Source: Bryobacteraceae bacterium (GTDB taxonomy: Bacteria; Acidobacteriota; Terriglobia; Bryobacterales; Bryobacteraceae). Taken from it: 64,000 nt of DNA. The stretch's first letter is position 1. Each line of letters starts with the position of its first letter. The stretch spans positions 3,332-67,331 of the forward strand of contig DATGGL010000129.1 of NCBI GenBank assembly GCA_035308605.1. Direction: 5' to 3'. Of the stretch, positions 36,724-47,135 are shown piece after piece. Below the pieces are notes generated by a model. That model had not been told where the DNA came from. It did not search any database and was given only the letters and a program-made list of their open reading frames with translations. Position numbers and translations under genes: made by a program.

Positions 36724-36763
36724 ATCGTCGTCCGCCCAGCCGCGCGCTTTTTCAACAGCCTCC

Positions 36764-39298
36764 CTAGCGCTGCCATAGGATCTCAGTCGCTTCCAAGGGG
36801 ACCGACGCGTTGGGATGGTACGGTACAACGCGCGCTGTGAAGTCGCTTGCGCTGCGATGAGCTTCGACGCTTGCTGAGTACAAAACGCCGTTCGCGGACA
36901 TCAACTTCCTGAACGGCTCTTTGCTACTGATATCGCTATCGTCATCGTCATCGTCATCGCCATGGTCGGCATACAGTTCGACGTGAACAGCGTCGGGATC
37001 CAAACCGCCTAAGTGAACGGCAACTTCGAAGTGATGCTGGCCGTCCCTGGATTCCACTTTGAGCGGCCCGAAGGAGACGCCGTTCCAATCCACGCGCAGC
37101 TTTTGCTGCCAGGCGGCTAACTCCACGCCGAGCTTTCCGCGTTGATCGGCCCTGGCCGCATAAGCGGAAGCGGCAGGAACGTAGTGCTGTTCTGTATACT
37201 GACGGACCGCGCGATTCGCCGAATACTCAGGCGTCAGCCGCGCCATGCTCTCGCGGATGCGTGCAAGCCACGCCTCGGGAAGGCCTGCCTCGTTCCGCTG
37301 GTAAAACTCAGGGATCACCTCGGCCTCGAGGAGGCCGTAGAGCGCTTCGGCTTCCGCGGCATCCCATGCCGGATCGTCGCCATGTTCCCGGCCGTCGCCG
37401 ATCGCCCAGCCGATGTCCGGAGCATACGCCTCTGCCCACCATCCATCGAGCTCTGAAAGGTTCAGGCCGCCATTTACAAGCACTTTCATTCCGCTGGTGC
37501 CGCTGGCCTCCCACGGCCGGCGCGGCGTGTTGATCCAGACATCGACGCCGCTCACCAGTTCCTGGGTCATGAGCATGTCGTAGTCGCTCAGGAAAATCAC
37601 CGACGGGCGGCCGTGCGCCTGGCGGGTGAACTCGGTCCATTGCCGGATCATGGCTTGGCCAGCCCCGTCATTGGGATGCGCTTTGCCGGCGATTACCAAC
37701 TGCACCGGACGCTGCGGGTCATGCAGAATCCGGCGCAGCCGCTCGGGATCGTGGAGCAGCAGATTCGGTCGTTTGTAGGTGGCGAACCGGCGCGCAAATC
37801 CAAGCGTCAAGGCGGCGGGATCGAAGAGCTCCGCGGCCTCCGCGATCTCCCGACGGGAAGCGCCCTGTACGGCGATCTGGCGGGAATAACGGGCCCGGAT
37901 GTAATCGACGAGAGACTTTCTCGCCTTCGTCCGCAGACTCCAAAGACGCTCAGCGGGAGTTTCGCGGATCGTGTTCTCCATCTGTCCGAGATCGCTGCGC
38001 CAGCATCGCTGGCCGCAGAATTCGGTCCATAGCTGGCTGGCATCGTCGGAATCCCACGTGGGAACGTGCACGCCGTTGGTGACGTGCCGCACCGGCACCT
38101 CAACGGTGGGCCAGCGCGGAAACATCGGCTGGAAAAGGGAGCGGCTGACGGCCCCGTGCAGGCGGCTGACTCCGTTGACGGCGCCACTTCCGTGCAGAGC
38201 CAGATAAGCCATATTGAACGGCTCTCCACGATCGCCGGGATCGCGCCGTCCCATGGCCATCAGTTCGTCGAAAGAAATCTTGAGCCGGTCCACGCAATAC
38301 TGCCCTAGGTAGGCGTACATCAAGTCCGGTGAGAATCGGTCGAATCCCGCTTCTACCGGAGTGTGCGTGGTGAACAGGTTCCCGGCGCGAGTCACGGCGA
38401 GGGCGGATTCAAACGAATGGCCGTTGTCGTCCATGTAACTCCCGGCGCGCTCCAGCACGCCGAACGCGGCGTGTCCCTCATTGAGATGGCATACTTCCGG
38501 AGCAATCCCCAGCGATCGAAGGAGACGCCAGCCGCCGATCCCGAGGACAATCTCCTGCCGGATGCGCAGGTCTGGACCGCCTCCGTACAGTTCGCTGGTG
38601 ACGCCGCGAAATTCGGGCACATTCGCCGCATCGTTGGTGTCGAGAAGATATAGCTTCGTCCCGCCGACTTGGACCTCCCACGCGCGGATCCAGAGGTCGC
38701 AGCCGGGAAAGGGAATGCTCAGCCGCAGCCAGTCGCCATTGGCATCCCGAAGCGGCCGGATGGGGAGCTGGCCGGGGTCATTGTAAGGATAAAGAGCCCG
38801 CTGCCCGCCGTTCCGATCCAATTCCTGGCGAAAATAGCCTTGACTGTACAGCAGTCCGATTCCGACAACCGGTACACCCAAATCGTTCGCCGCCTTGAGC
38901 TGATCCCCGGCGACGTTGCCAAGACCTCCGGAGTAGATGGGCAACGCTTCACTCAACATGTATTCCATGCTGAAATAAGCGACGCACTTGAGGGGCGAAT
39001 TTGGGTGGGCCGTCTGAAACCACCGCGGAGCCTCTTTGTCCGCGGCCTGGGCTTGGCGGAGTTCGCTCAAGTTGTCGCGAAAAGCGGGCTCCGAAGTGAC
39101 CTTTCTGAGCCGTTCGCTCGAGACGGTCTGGAGCACGATCCAGGGATTTCGGGTCCGTTCCCACAACTCCGGGTTTAGCTGGCTCCAGAGCGCGTCCGTA
39201 ACGCGGTTCCAGGATGAGGTCACATCCAGCGCCAAGTCCGCGAGTTCGTCCTCGTTGGGTGTCTCGGAAGGAAGGTTGGTGTACCTTAGGTTACTCAT
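36764..39298 (-). CDS. glgP: Alpha-glucan phosphorylase (GlgP, TIGR02094-like with DUF3417 N-terminus)
   Basis: VAYFSMEYMLSEALPIYSGGLGNVAGDQLKAANDLGVPVVGIGLLYSQGYFRQ, GTSGMK. C-terminal region contains HGDDDDDDDSD. Confidence 0.9.
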   Translation of the reverse strand: MSNLRYTNLPSETPNEDELADLALDVTSSWNRVTDALWSQLNPELWERTRNPWIVLQTVSSERLRKVTSEPAFRDNLSELRQAQAADKEAPRWFQTAHPNSPLKCVAYFSMEYMLSEALPIYSGGLGNVAGDQLKAANDLGVPVVGIGLLYSQGYFRQELDRNGGQRALYPYNDPGQLPIRPLRDANGDWLRLSIPFPGCDLWIRAWEVQVGGTKLYLLDTNDAANVPEFRGVTSELYGGGPDLRIRQEIVLGIGGWRLLRSLGIAPEVCHLNEGHAAFGVLERAGSYMDDNGHSFESALAVTRAGNLFTTHTPVEAGFDRFSPDLMYAYLGQYCVDRLKISFDELMAMGRRDPGDRGEPFNMAYLALHGSGAVNGVSRLHGAVSRSLFQPMFPRWPTVEVPVRHVTNGVHVPTWDSDDASQLWTEFCGQRCWRSDLGQMENTIRETPAERLWSLRTKARKSLVDYIRARYSRQIAVQGASRREIAEAAELFDPAALTLGFARRFATYKRPNLLLHDPERLRRILHDPQRPVQLVIAGKAHPNDGAGQAMIRQWTEFTRQAHGRPSVIFLSDYDMLMTQELVSGVDVWINTPRRPWEASGTSGMKVLVNGGLNLSELDGWWAEAYAPDIGWAIGDGREHGDDPAWDAAEAEALYGLLEAEVIPEFYQRNEAGLPEAWLARIRESMARLTPEYSANRAVRQYTEQHYVPAASAYAARADQRGKLGVELAAWQQKLRVDWNGVSFGPLKVESRDGQHHFEVAVHLGGLDPDAVHVELYADHGDDDDDDDSDISSKEPFRKLMSANGVLYSASVEAHRSASDFTARVVPYHPNASVPLEATEILWQR

Positions 39299-39490
39299 CC
39301 GTTGCTCTCAAGGTCTGGAGTCCGCACCCACGCTTGGATGCTGATTGCCGTTCCTGAGACGCAGAGCAAACAATCTCGAGCCCGAAAGCATTGCGCCGGG
39401 CCGTTGGCCAAATGATTAGATCAAACGATTACCACGAATGAGGGATAACGGTCTTGGCTGAAGGGCATATCCGTTATAAGATCTCGCCAT

Positions 39491-39766
39491 ATGACCAAAA
39501 AGCCCCTTGTAGCTGCTGCAATCGGAGTCGCGCTTGTTGTCGGCGGCGCTCTCTTCGGACAACCCAAACAGAACGTATCCGCCGGACGCCATCCCAATTT
39601 AGCCGCTGCGCAGCGGCTCAGTCATCAGGCGTACGAAAAAGTCACCGCCGCTCAGGAAGCCAACGAGTGGGATATGCAGGGCCACGCGAAGAAAGCCAAG
39701 GAACTGCTCGAACAGGTGAACAACGAATTAAAGATCGCCGCTGAAACTGCGAACCGCAATAAGTAA
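39491..39766 (+). CDS. Small secreted hypothetical protein
   Basis: ATG start, signal-like MTKKPLVAAAIGVALVVGGALFG, then a helical Lys/Glu/Ala-rich remainder. Confidence 0.5.
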   Translation: MTKKPLVAAAIGVALVVGGALFGQPKQNVSAGRHPNLAAAQRLSHQAYEKVTAAQEANEWDMQGHAKKAKELLEQVNNELKIAAETANRNK

Positions 39767-39859
39767 ATCCCTCCCCGGCCGGCACAGTTTGATGCTTTGT
39801 CCGGATCTTTGTCCAAATCAACGTCCGGCCGGGGAGAGTCTCGCCTTCGATGCCGGCGG

Positions 39860-40744
39860 CTAGTGGCGGCGGTCTTCGTGGTGATTTTCGCGAGGCATTG
39901 GCTTGCCTTGCCGGGGAGCGTTGCGCTCCGGCACCGACCTTGGCTCGAGGCGATGGGGTTCCGCGGGACGCACGAATCCAGGAGCCGGCCGGCGGATCCC
40001 TGCGTACGGATGAACGTAGACGCCACGGTTCACCCAAGTCCGCCCCCAGCGCGCATTGTTCAGAAATACGGCATGGCCGCCCCAGTCGAAACGGATGCCT
40101 CCAGCGGCCCAACCCCACGGCGCGAAGAACCCGCCGATGCTCACTCCAAAGCCGAAGCGAATCGCACCGCCGACCGCGAATCCGGCTCGCGGCGGGAAGA
40201 ACACGATGGCCGGGTCATAGTAAGGGACTACCACAAATCCCGGATTCACCGGCGCGATGGTGATATACGGCCCGCCGCCAACGACCACCTGGCCGTTGGT
40301 TCTCAGATAGCCATAGCGCTGGGCCGCCGCGCGCTGCCGCTGGACGGCATCCATTACGTCCTGTTGCTGAGCCAGGAATGCGTTGCCAAGCTCGGTGGTC
40401 CAGTTCATGTCCGCGTTCATCATGTCCAGCACGGACGGGAAGGGAAGCAGCGCTTGTACGCTGGGATCCCAGGGCAGTTGATCGCCGGTGATGGCGTCGG
40501 CGAGAGCCTGGCCGGTTAAGTAATGATGCTGATCGGCCCACTGCGCCGCCGCTGGAATATCGTTCGAATAAGTTGCCGCCGCCAGGATTTGCGCGAGCAG
40601 CGGGTCGGGATAGAGCGCGATCCGCGCCACCAGTTGATCCAACTGTTGCGGAGCGAATGACGGGGGAGCCTGGCCAAAAACGGGCGCCGTCACCACCCCC
40701 GCCAGGATCACTAATATCGTCAGAACAGCTCTGATTCTCTGCAT
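39860..40744 (-). CDS. DUF3300-family secreted protein
   Basis: GGAGGA SD upstream of ATG 40744. Signal MQRIRAVLTILVILAGVVTAPVFG. LDQLVARIALYPDPLLAQILAAATY. Confidence 0.7.
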   Translation of the reverse strand: MQRIRAVLTILVILAGVVTAPVFGQAPPSFAPQQLDQLVARIALYPDPLLAQILAAATYSNDIPAAAQWADQHHYLTGQALADAITGDQLPWDPSVQALLPFPSVLDMMNADMNWTTELGNAFLAQQQDVMDAVQRQRAAAQRYGYLRTNGQVVVGGGPYITIAPVNPGFVVVPYYDPAIVFFPPRAGFAVGGAIRFGFGVSIGGFFAPWGWAAGGIRFDWGGHAVFLNNARWGRTWVNRGVYVHPYAGIRRPAPGFVRPAEPHRLEPRSVPERNAPRQGKPMPRENHHEDRRH

Positions 40745-40955
40745 CTTGAATATGTCCTCCACTTGAAGAGACGTCGGGCTCGGGAATCGCGTTATCGTTC
40801 GGACGCCGCGGAACGCAATCCTCAATAAATTTTAAGCTTGTCAGAGACCATCCGGTGACTTGAGATGGCGCTTTTGACTTTTTTCTCTCATGGAGATACT
40901 CTTCCCGTTAGCGTATTGGATTCGAACTGGTTTGGACGATTGAAGGAAATCGAGT

Positions 40956-41585
40956 ATGAACGATCCGGAAACTTTCGAGACGCCGCAGCCGGTTTCGCGG
41001 CGGCGGTTCATTCAGGGCGTTATCGCAGCCGGAGTCACAGCCTCGGCGGCGAGCTATCTTTATCGCGGTTCGGGGACAGTGCAGAGCAAGACTTCGCTGC
41101 CCGGATCGGTGGACAGGTTGATCACGTTGAATGTCAACGGCCAGAACCGCCGTGTCGACGTGATGAAGCAAGAGACGCTGGCCATGACCCTGCGCTACAA
41201 ACTCGGGCTCACGGGAACGAAACTTGGCTGCGACCGTTCGGAGTGCGGCGCTTGTACGGTGCTGATTGACGATGTACCCCATTATTCCTGCTCCGTGCTG
41301 ACGCACACGGTCCGTAATTCCCAGATCACCACGATCGAGGGCCTGGCCGCGCCCGACGGCACGCTGCATCCGGTACAACAGGCCGTGGTCGACGAACAAG
41401 CCTTCCAGTGTGCATTTTGTATGTCGGGATTCATCATGGCGACGGCGGGATATTTGAAGACGAATCCGAATCCCACGCGCGCGCAACTGGCCCATGGAAT
41501 CTCCGGCAACCTGTGCCGGTGCGCGGACTACAACAAGATCCTGAACGCAATGATGCGCGCCAGCGAATCGATGCAGAGGGCCTAA
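40956..41585 (+). CDS. [2Fe-2S] small subunit of a molybdenum hydroxylase, with twin-arginine signal
   Basis: Tat motif SRRRFIQGVIAAGV. GCDRSECGACTV and CAFCMSG...CRCADY cluster motifs. Confidence 0.85.
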   Translation: MNDPETFETPQPVSRRRFIQGVIAAGVTASAASYLYRGSGTVQSKTSLPGSVDRLITLNVNGQNRRVDVMKQETLAMTLRYKLGLTGTKLGCDRSECGACTVLIDDVPHYSCSVLTHTVRNSQITTIEGLAAPDGTLHPVQQAVVDEQAFQCAFCMSGFIMATAGYLKTNPNPTRAQLAHGISGNLCRCADYNKILNAMMRASESMQRA

Positions 41586-41588
41586 GTC

Positions 41589-44069
41589 ATGGACAAGCTG
41601 ATCGGAAAGAACTACCAGTCGCCCGACCTGATCGCGAAAGTGACCGGGAAGTCCCGGTATGCCGAAGACTATCGCGTCGACGGCATGCTGTTCACCAAGC
41701 TGCTGACCAGCCCGATGCCGCACTGCCGGGTCCGCCACATCGACGCGAGCGAGGCGCTCAAGATACCCGGAGTGCATGCGATTCTTACCGCCGACGAGCT
41801 TCCCGTGGTCGCGCCGCCGAACCGTGGGGTGGCCGCCGCGGAAGAAGAAGGCCCGCAGTCGAAGGGCGGACGGGGCACGCCGATTAAAGCGGAACTGGGG
41901 CTGAGCAATGAGCCTGTGTTTCAAGGCGAACCGATCCTCGCCGTCGCCGCTGTCGATGAACTAACGGCAGCCGAGGCGATTGAACGGATCAAGCTGGATC
42001 TGGAACCGCTGCCGTTTTGCATCGACCCGCTCGAAAGCCTCCGGCCGGGTGGACCCAACGCGCGCCTGGAAGGCAACGTTTATTACGGAGCCGTGGCCAA
42101 GACGCTCAAATGGACGGCCGAAGACTGGAAAGAAGTCGAAGCCGGGCGGCTGCCGATGCGCGACGCTCCTGACATGTGGAAAATCGGCGACGTCGATGCT
42201 GCGTTCAAAGAAGCGGCGCTGGTGATCGACGAAACGGTGATGTGCCAGTCGACCTCGCATCAGTGTCTCGAGCCGCGTACTTCCATGGCGTACTGGGAAA
42301 ACGGCAAGCTGTACCTGCACGCGTCGGCGCAATCGTTGGCGCACGTCAGCCAGTCGGTTGGAAACTGGTCGAAGGCGGATCGAACGAAGCTGGTTTTAGT
42401 TGGCTCGTATGTGGGCGGCGGTTTCGGCGGCAAGAATCCGGAAGCGCACATGCACACGGCGATTCCCGCGCTGCTGGCCAAAAAGACCGGACGTCCGGTG
42501 TTGATGCGGATCACGCGCGAAGAGGATCACTTCATCGGACGCGCGCGCGCCGGGCTGATCATGCGAGCGCGCATGGGCTTTCGGAAAGACGGCCGCCTGA
42601 TCGCGCTGGACATGTTCGTCGTACAGGCCAACGGCCCATATGCCCGCGGCGGCGACTACGGAACCTGCGCCGTGGTGGCGTCGGCTAACTATACGCCCTT
42701 GACCATGCGTTTCCGGGGGACTGCGGTGCTTACCAACACTCCTCCGCATGGCCCGCAGCGCGGCCCCGGCGGCGCCCAATCGACCGTCATGTTCGAGCCG
42801 CTGATGTGCCAGGCAGCGCGCAAGCTGGGAATCGACGAAGTCGAAATTCGTAAGATTAACGCGCCCACCACGGGCATGAGCTACGGAGCTCCGGAGAAAA
42901 ATGGCGCGCGTTCCCAATTCACCAGCGCATTCGCGCGGGAAGCTCTGGAACGCGGCGCGGAAAAGTTCAACTGGGCGGAGCGGAAGAAGCGTAACGGCCA
43001 GTTGCGCGGAACCAAGGTTTCCGGGGTGGGAGTTTCGCTGGCCAACTTCAGCGCCGGGACGATCGGATTCGATGGGATGATCGCGATCACGCCCGAAGGC
43101 ACGTTGAACATTTATTCGGGCGTCGGGAATATGGGGACGCTGTCGGTTTACGACACGGCCCGCGTCGCCGCCGAAATGCTCGAAATGCCATGGGAGAAGT
43201 GCGAGGTGATCTGGGGCGACACGTCGAAACATCTGCCCTGGAGCTCGCGGCAGGGAGGCAGCCAGACGATTCACGCGACCTCCCGTGCTAATCACGCCGC
43301 GGCGATGGACGCGAAGCTAAAATTGCAGGAGATCGCCGCCAAGGATCTCGGCGGGCGTCCTGAAGATTACACGATCGGCAACCAGCGGGTCTTCCGCAAA
43401 GGGAATCCGGCAAGCGGCATGACCTACGCGCAAGCCGCAAAGCGCGCCGTCGCATTGGGCGGCAAGTATGATGGCCATGAAGTCGCCGAGGATCTCAACA
43501 TCATGACCAAGGAGTCGGCCAAGGCTCTGGCGGGTGTTGGTCTGATGGGCGTCGCGAAGGATAACTACGGGCGCAAGGGGATGACCCAGGCTTTCGTCGC
43601 CAGCTTCGCCGAAGTCGAGGTCGACGTGGAAACGGGCGAGTATAAGATTCTCGATTATCTGTGCGTCGCCGATTGCGGGACGGTGGTGAATCCCCGTGGC
43701 CTGGAGGGCCAGCTTCACGGCGGCGCGATTCAGGGAATCGGCTACACGCGCAGCCAGAAATGGGTGTACGACGCGGAGTTTGGCGTCGCGCTGGCGAAGC
43801 GTTTTCATTACAACCGTCCGCCCTCGATTCTCGACATTCCCGAAAAGATGGAATGGGATGCCGTGAACCTTCCCGATCCGCAAACACCGGTAGGGGCCAA
43901 AGGCATCGCCGAGGCAGCGGTGGGAGCAGGCGCGGCTGCAATTCGATGCGCGTTAGCCGCAGCAATCGGCGACGATCTGGTGCGCCGCACGCCGATTGGC
44001 GTCGACATGATCCTGGCTTCACTCGATTCAAAGAAGCGGGTGGACCGGGGATTGACTTCAAACGTTTAA
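41589..44069 (+). CDS. Molybdopterin-binding large subunit (xanthine dehydrogenase / aldehyde oxidoreductase family)
   Basis: 826 aa. KVTGKSRYAEDY, GGGFGGK, and GAKGIAEAAV near the C-terminus. Starts 4 nt after the small subunit. Confidence 0.85.
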   Translation: MDKLIGKNYQSPDLIAKVTGKSRYAEDYRVDGMLFTKLLTSPMPHCRVRHIDASEALKIPGVHAILTADELPVVAPPNRGVAAAEEEGPQSKGGRGTPIKAELGLSNEPVFQGEPILAVAAVDELTAAEAIERIKLDLEPLPFCIDPLESLRPGGPNARLEGNVYYGAVAKTLKWTAEDWKEVEAGRLPMRDAPDMWKIGDVDAAFKEAALVIDETVMCQSTSHQCLEPRTSMAYWENGKLYLHASAQSLAHVSQSVGNWSKADRTKLVLVGSYVGGGFGGKNPEAHMHTAIPALLAKKTGRPVLMRITREEDHFIGRARAGLIMRARMGFRKDGRLIALDMFVVQANGPYARGGDYGTCAVVASANYTPLTMRFRGTAVLTNTPPHGPQRGPGGAQSTVMFEPLMCQAARKLGIDEVEIRKINAPTTGMSYGAPEKNGARSQFTSAFAREALERGAEKFNWAERKKRNGQLRGTKVSGVGVSLANFSAGTIGFDGMIAITPEGTLNIYSGVGNMGTLSVYDTARVAAEMLEMPWEKCEVIWGDTSKHLPWSSRQGGSQTIHATSRANHAAAMDAKLKLQEIAAKDLGGRPEDYTIGNQRVFRKGNPASGMTYAQAAKRAVALGGKYDGHEVAEDLNIMTKESAKALAGVGLMGVAKDNYGRKGMTQAFVASFAEVEVDVETGEYKILDYLCVADCGTVVNPRGLEGQLHGGAIQGIGYTRSQKWVYDAEFGVALAKRFHYNRPPSILDIPEKMEWDAVNLPDPQTPVGAKGIAEAAVGAGAAAIRCALAAAIGDDLVRRTPIGVDMILASLDSKKRVDRGLTSNV

Positions 44070-44079
44070 TGGAGGCCGT

Positions 44080-44517
44080 ATGTTCAAGAATTTCGCAACT
44101 CGAATCACTTTAGGTTTCGCCGTTTTCGCATGGCTCGGCGCAGCCGCCGAACTGAATCCGGCGGCGATCTCGATCCAACTTCCCAAGGACATCAAGTGGG
44201 TGGAAGGCGACGGCTCGGCCCACGCGAACCTGGTAGGAGATCCAAGTAAAGAAGGCTGGTATGTGTACCTGACGAAGTGGTATCCGCACCACAACAGCCG
44301 TCCCCATTCGCATCCGCATGACCGCTTTATTACGGTGCTATCGGGCACATGGTGGGTCGGCACGGGCTCGAATTATGATCCCGAACACATGGTGCCGCTG
44401 CCCGCCGGGACGTTCGTGACGCATTTCGGCAAGCAGATACACTACGACGGCGCGAAGGATGAACCCTGCATCCTCGAGATGGTGGGCATGGGCCCAACGA
44501 CAGAAACCAAGCACTGA
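44080..44517 (+). CDS. Secreted cupin-domain protein
   Basis: Signal MFKNFATRITLGFAVFAWLGAAA. Cupin His cluster HSHPHDRFITVLSGTWW...PAGTFVTH. Confidence 0.65.
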   Translation: MFKNFATRITLGFAVFAWLGAAAELNPAAISIQLPKDIKWVEGDGSAHANLVGDPSKEGWYVYLTKWYPHHNSRPHSHPHDRFITVLSGTWWVGTGSNYDPEHMVPLPAGTFVTHFGKQIHYDGAKDEPCILEMVGMGPTTETKH

Positions 44518-44520
44518 GGG

Positions 44521-45060
44521 CTACAGCGGCGACGGTCCGCCGATTCCGGCTTTACGGAGCAGTGTTTTCCAGACTTTGACGCTGAATCCCAGCGGACGCC
44601 ACAGACTCTCTCGCACGACAGCAACTTTTCTCACGTGTTGCGGGACCCGCCACACGGCGGAACTGCCGGCCGGGAAGAAGGCCACGTCGCCGGGGCCGAG
44701 CCAGCGCTCTTCGCCTTTATTGTCAGTGATATAGACCTCGCCGGAGGTGATCACGACGACTTCTTCCTTAGCGTAGTGCCATTCAAATTGTCCGGCGGTG
44801 CATTCCCAGACCAGGAGGTTCGAGGTCCAGTCGTGACTCCTAGTCACGCTCTTACTGCGGGTTACAGGAGAACCGCCCAGCACCCAACTGGGCATGATGG
44901 GGACGGTCTGACGTCCCAATTCGAGAGTAGCCGGCGAAACCGTTACGATTGTTGAAGTTGATCCGTTCGAAGGCTGGCCAACCTCCAAAGTCGAGGGTAT
45001 GGCGTTGCCGTTCAGAAGTTCTGGCATGTTCTGTCTGATCGGCTGATTTCTTTGGAACAT
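44521..45060 (-). CDS. Cupin (DUF861/EutQ-like) protein
   Basis: WECTAGQFEWHYAKEEVVVITSGEVYITDNKGEERWLGPGDVAFFPAGSSAVWRV. Confidence 0.65.
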   Translation of the reverse strand: MFQRNQPIRQNMPELLNGNAIPSTLEVGQPSNGSTSTIVTVSPATLELGRQTVPIMPSWVLGGSPVTRSKSVTRSHDWTSNLLVWECTAGQFEWHYAKEEVVVITSGEVYITDNKGEERWLGPGDVAFFPAGSSAVWRVPQHVRKVAVVRESLWRPLGFSVKVWKTLLRKAGIGGPSPL

Positions 45061-45113
45061 TAGCCAAATCGCAACAAAGCTACCGGCAAGTGTTCATTGC
45101 CCGGACCCTGATT

Positions 45114-47135
45114 TCAACCCGGCGCGGAATTCGCCGTCTTAACCCAACACCGCAAACATTCCGCCACGCTCCAAGCCTGTGAATTGCACCCGCGCGCCGT
45201 GTAGGGAGGATTTCCATCGAAGATCTCACCAATGGTGCCGCCGCACGCCTCATTGACGTTGCTCGCAAGTTCGTTCAGGAATTTGCGGCCGGCCGGAGCG
45301 GCCTCTGGATGAAGCTTCACCCAGGCGTCAATGAATGGGCCGATGAGCCACGCCCAGACCGTACCCTGATGGTAAGCGGCGTCGCGAGCCCGCAAGTCCC
45401 CAAAATATTGAGCTTTATAATTCTTGTCATCCGGGCTTAAAGACCGTAGGCCAAAAGGCGTCAGCAGGCGCTCGGTTACGACGTCCAGCACCGGCTCCCA
45501 CATCGAACGGTCGAGCACCGGATGAGTAAGCGAGAAGGCGAGTAACTGGTTCGGCCGGCAAGCTGCGTCGTTGCCTGCTGGTCCGTCGATCACGTCAAAA
45601 AGGTAGCCTTTTTCCTGGCACCAGAACCGCTTGTTGAAAGACGAGCGAACCTGTTCGGCCTGAGACCGGAACGTCTTGGCGCGACCCGGCTCTTTTTCTT
45701 CCAGCCATTCCGACAGAAGACACAGCGCATTGAACCAAAGACCGTTAATCTCCACGGCCTTTCCTCGCCTCGGCGTCACCACCCAATCGTCTACCTTTGC
45801 ATCCATCCAGGTGAGTTGATATCCCTCTTGCCCCTGGGTTAACAGACCGTCCGCCGGATCGATTCCGATCCCGAACAGCGTGCCGCGAATGTGAGAATCC
45901 GCAATTTCCAGGAGCTTGGGCATGATCACCCATAGGGTTTCGGTGTCCTCAGTCGTGGCAACGTAGCGATGCACGGCATGAAAGAACCACAGGGATGCGT
46001 CGGCAGTATGATACAGACCCTCGCGCTGGCCTTCCGGAAAGAGATTCGGAATCAAGCCGTCCCTGACGTAATTCGCGAACGTTCTCAGGATCCATCGGGC
46101 TTCTTTTTGACGGCCGGTAACCAGCGTGAGCCCCTCCAGGCTGATCATCGTGTCACGGCCCCAATCCGTAAACCACGGATATCCCGCAATGACGCTCCAG
46201 GCCTCTTCTCCTTCGGCGCGTGCCCGAGCCGTATCTTCCACGCGGCCAGCAGGGGTCATCAGGAACTGATCGGCAGCCAACACCAGGTCCGCGCCATATC
46301 CCTGTTGCGCTTCGGGCTTCGCGATTGCAAGCAGATTTTCCCGGCGGCGTTGTTCGGCTTCCAGCACCTGGGTTGTTGTCATCGACAGCATCGCGTCCCA
46401 GGAATCCGTGGAGGCCACCAATGCCGCTTGCTGGCCGGCGATCAAGTCGCTTCGGTAATAACCGGGACTCCACATTTCGCCGACCGATTCATAGCCTCGT
46501 TCCTCTTCGGACGAATAGAGAATGTTTTGAATCAGTCTGGGATCGTAAGTCAACGCCGGCCGCGGCGCTGTGAATTGCAAATGGAGCGCGGGGAGTCCGG
46601 CGCCCGCCGACACTTCGCAGCGGCCGTCCATCAAGGTAAGAACGTATTTTGAAGTCAACGGCGTGCTGACAGGGTCATCATGATTTCGGATATGAATCGC
46701 GGGACGAACCGCCAGCCGAACGGCCCCTTCGCCGGACAACAGGCGGTACGAGACATGTACGGTATTTTGACGATAGGGCAGGATTACGCGTTTTTCCAGG
46801 ATGAAGTTTTGAATTCTGTACACCCATATTGGCAGTCCCATTTCGAGGCGAAATTCAGAAACTCCGACGATGTCATGGGTTCCTGAACCAGAAAGAACTT
46901 GCGTGCCCAGGTACACAACGGCGCCGTGGGGCAGACGAACGCGCTCGGCGACCCCATTCAACATCATGATTCGTCCCGATGGTTGAGCCGAGATTAGCAG
47001 CCCGTGATAACGGCGCGTGAGAAATCCGTCGATGGTTCCCATCGCATATCCGCCCAGGCCGTTCGTCAGGATCCATTCTCTTTGCGGCTCGAACCCGCCG
47101 TCACGCGGCTCATGCATATCGGGACTATTCGGCAT
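45114..47135 (-). CDS. Glycogen debranching enzyme (amylo-alpha-1,6-glucosidase, GDE_N/GDE_C type)
   Basis: EWILTNGLGGYAMGT, RRYHGLL, AGYPWFTDWGRDTMISL, QLTWMDAK, and a six-hairpin glycosidase-like C-terminus. Confidence 0.8.
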   Translation of the reverse strand: MPNSPDMHEPRDGGFEPQREWILTNGLGGYAMGTIDGFLTRRYHGLLISAQPSGRIMMLNGVAERVRLPHGAVVYLGTQVLSGSGTHDIVGVSEFRLEMGLPIWVYRIQNFILEKRVILPYRQNTVHVSYRLLSGEGAVRLAVRPAIHIRNHDDPVSTPLTSKYVLTLMDGRCEVSAGAGLPALHLQFTAPRPALTYDPRLIQNILYSSEEERGYESVGEMWSPGYYRSDLIAGQQAALVASTDSWDAMLSMTTTQVLEAEQRRRENLLAIAKPEAQQGYGADLVLAADQFLMTPAGRVEDTARARAEGEEAWSVIAGYPWFTDWGRDTMISLEGLTLVTGRQKEARWILRTFANYVRDGLIPNLFPEGQREGLYHTADASLWFFHAVHRYVATTEDTETLWVIMPKLLEIADSHIRGTLFGIGIDPADGLLTQGQEGYQLTWMDAKVDDWVVTPRRGKAVEINGLWFNALCLLSEWLEEKEPGRAKTFRSQAEQVRSSFNKRFWCQEKGYLFDVIDGPAGNDAACRPNQLLAFSLTHPVLDRSMWEPVLDVVTERLLTPFGLRSLSPDDKNYKAQYFGDLRARDAAYHQGTVWAWLIGPFIDAWVKLHPEAAPAGRKFLNELASNVNEACGGTIGEIFDGNPPYTARGCNSQAWSVAECLRCWVKTANSAPG

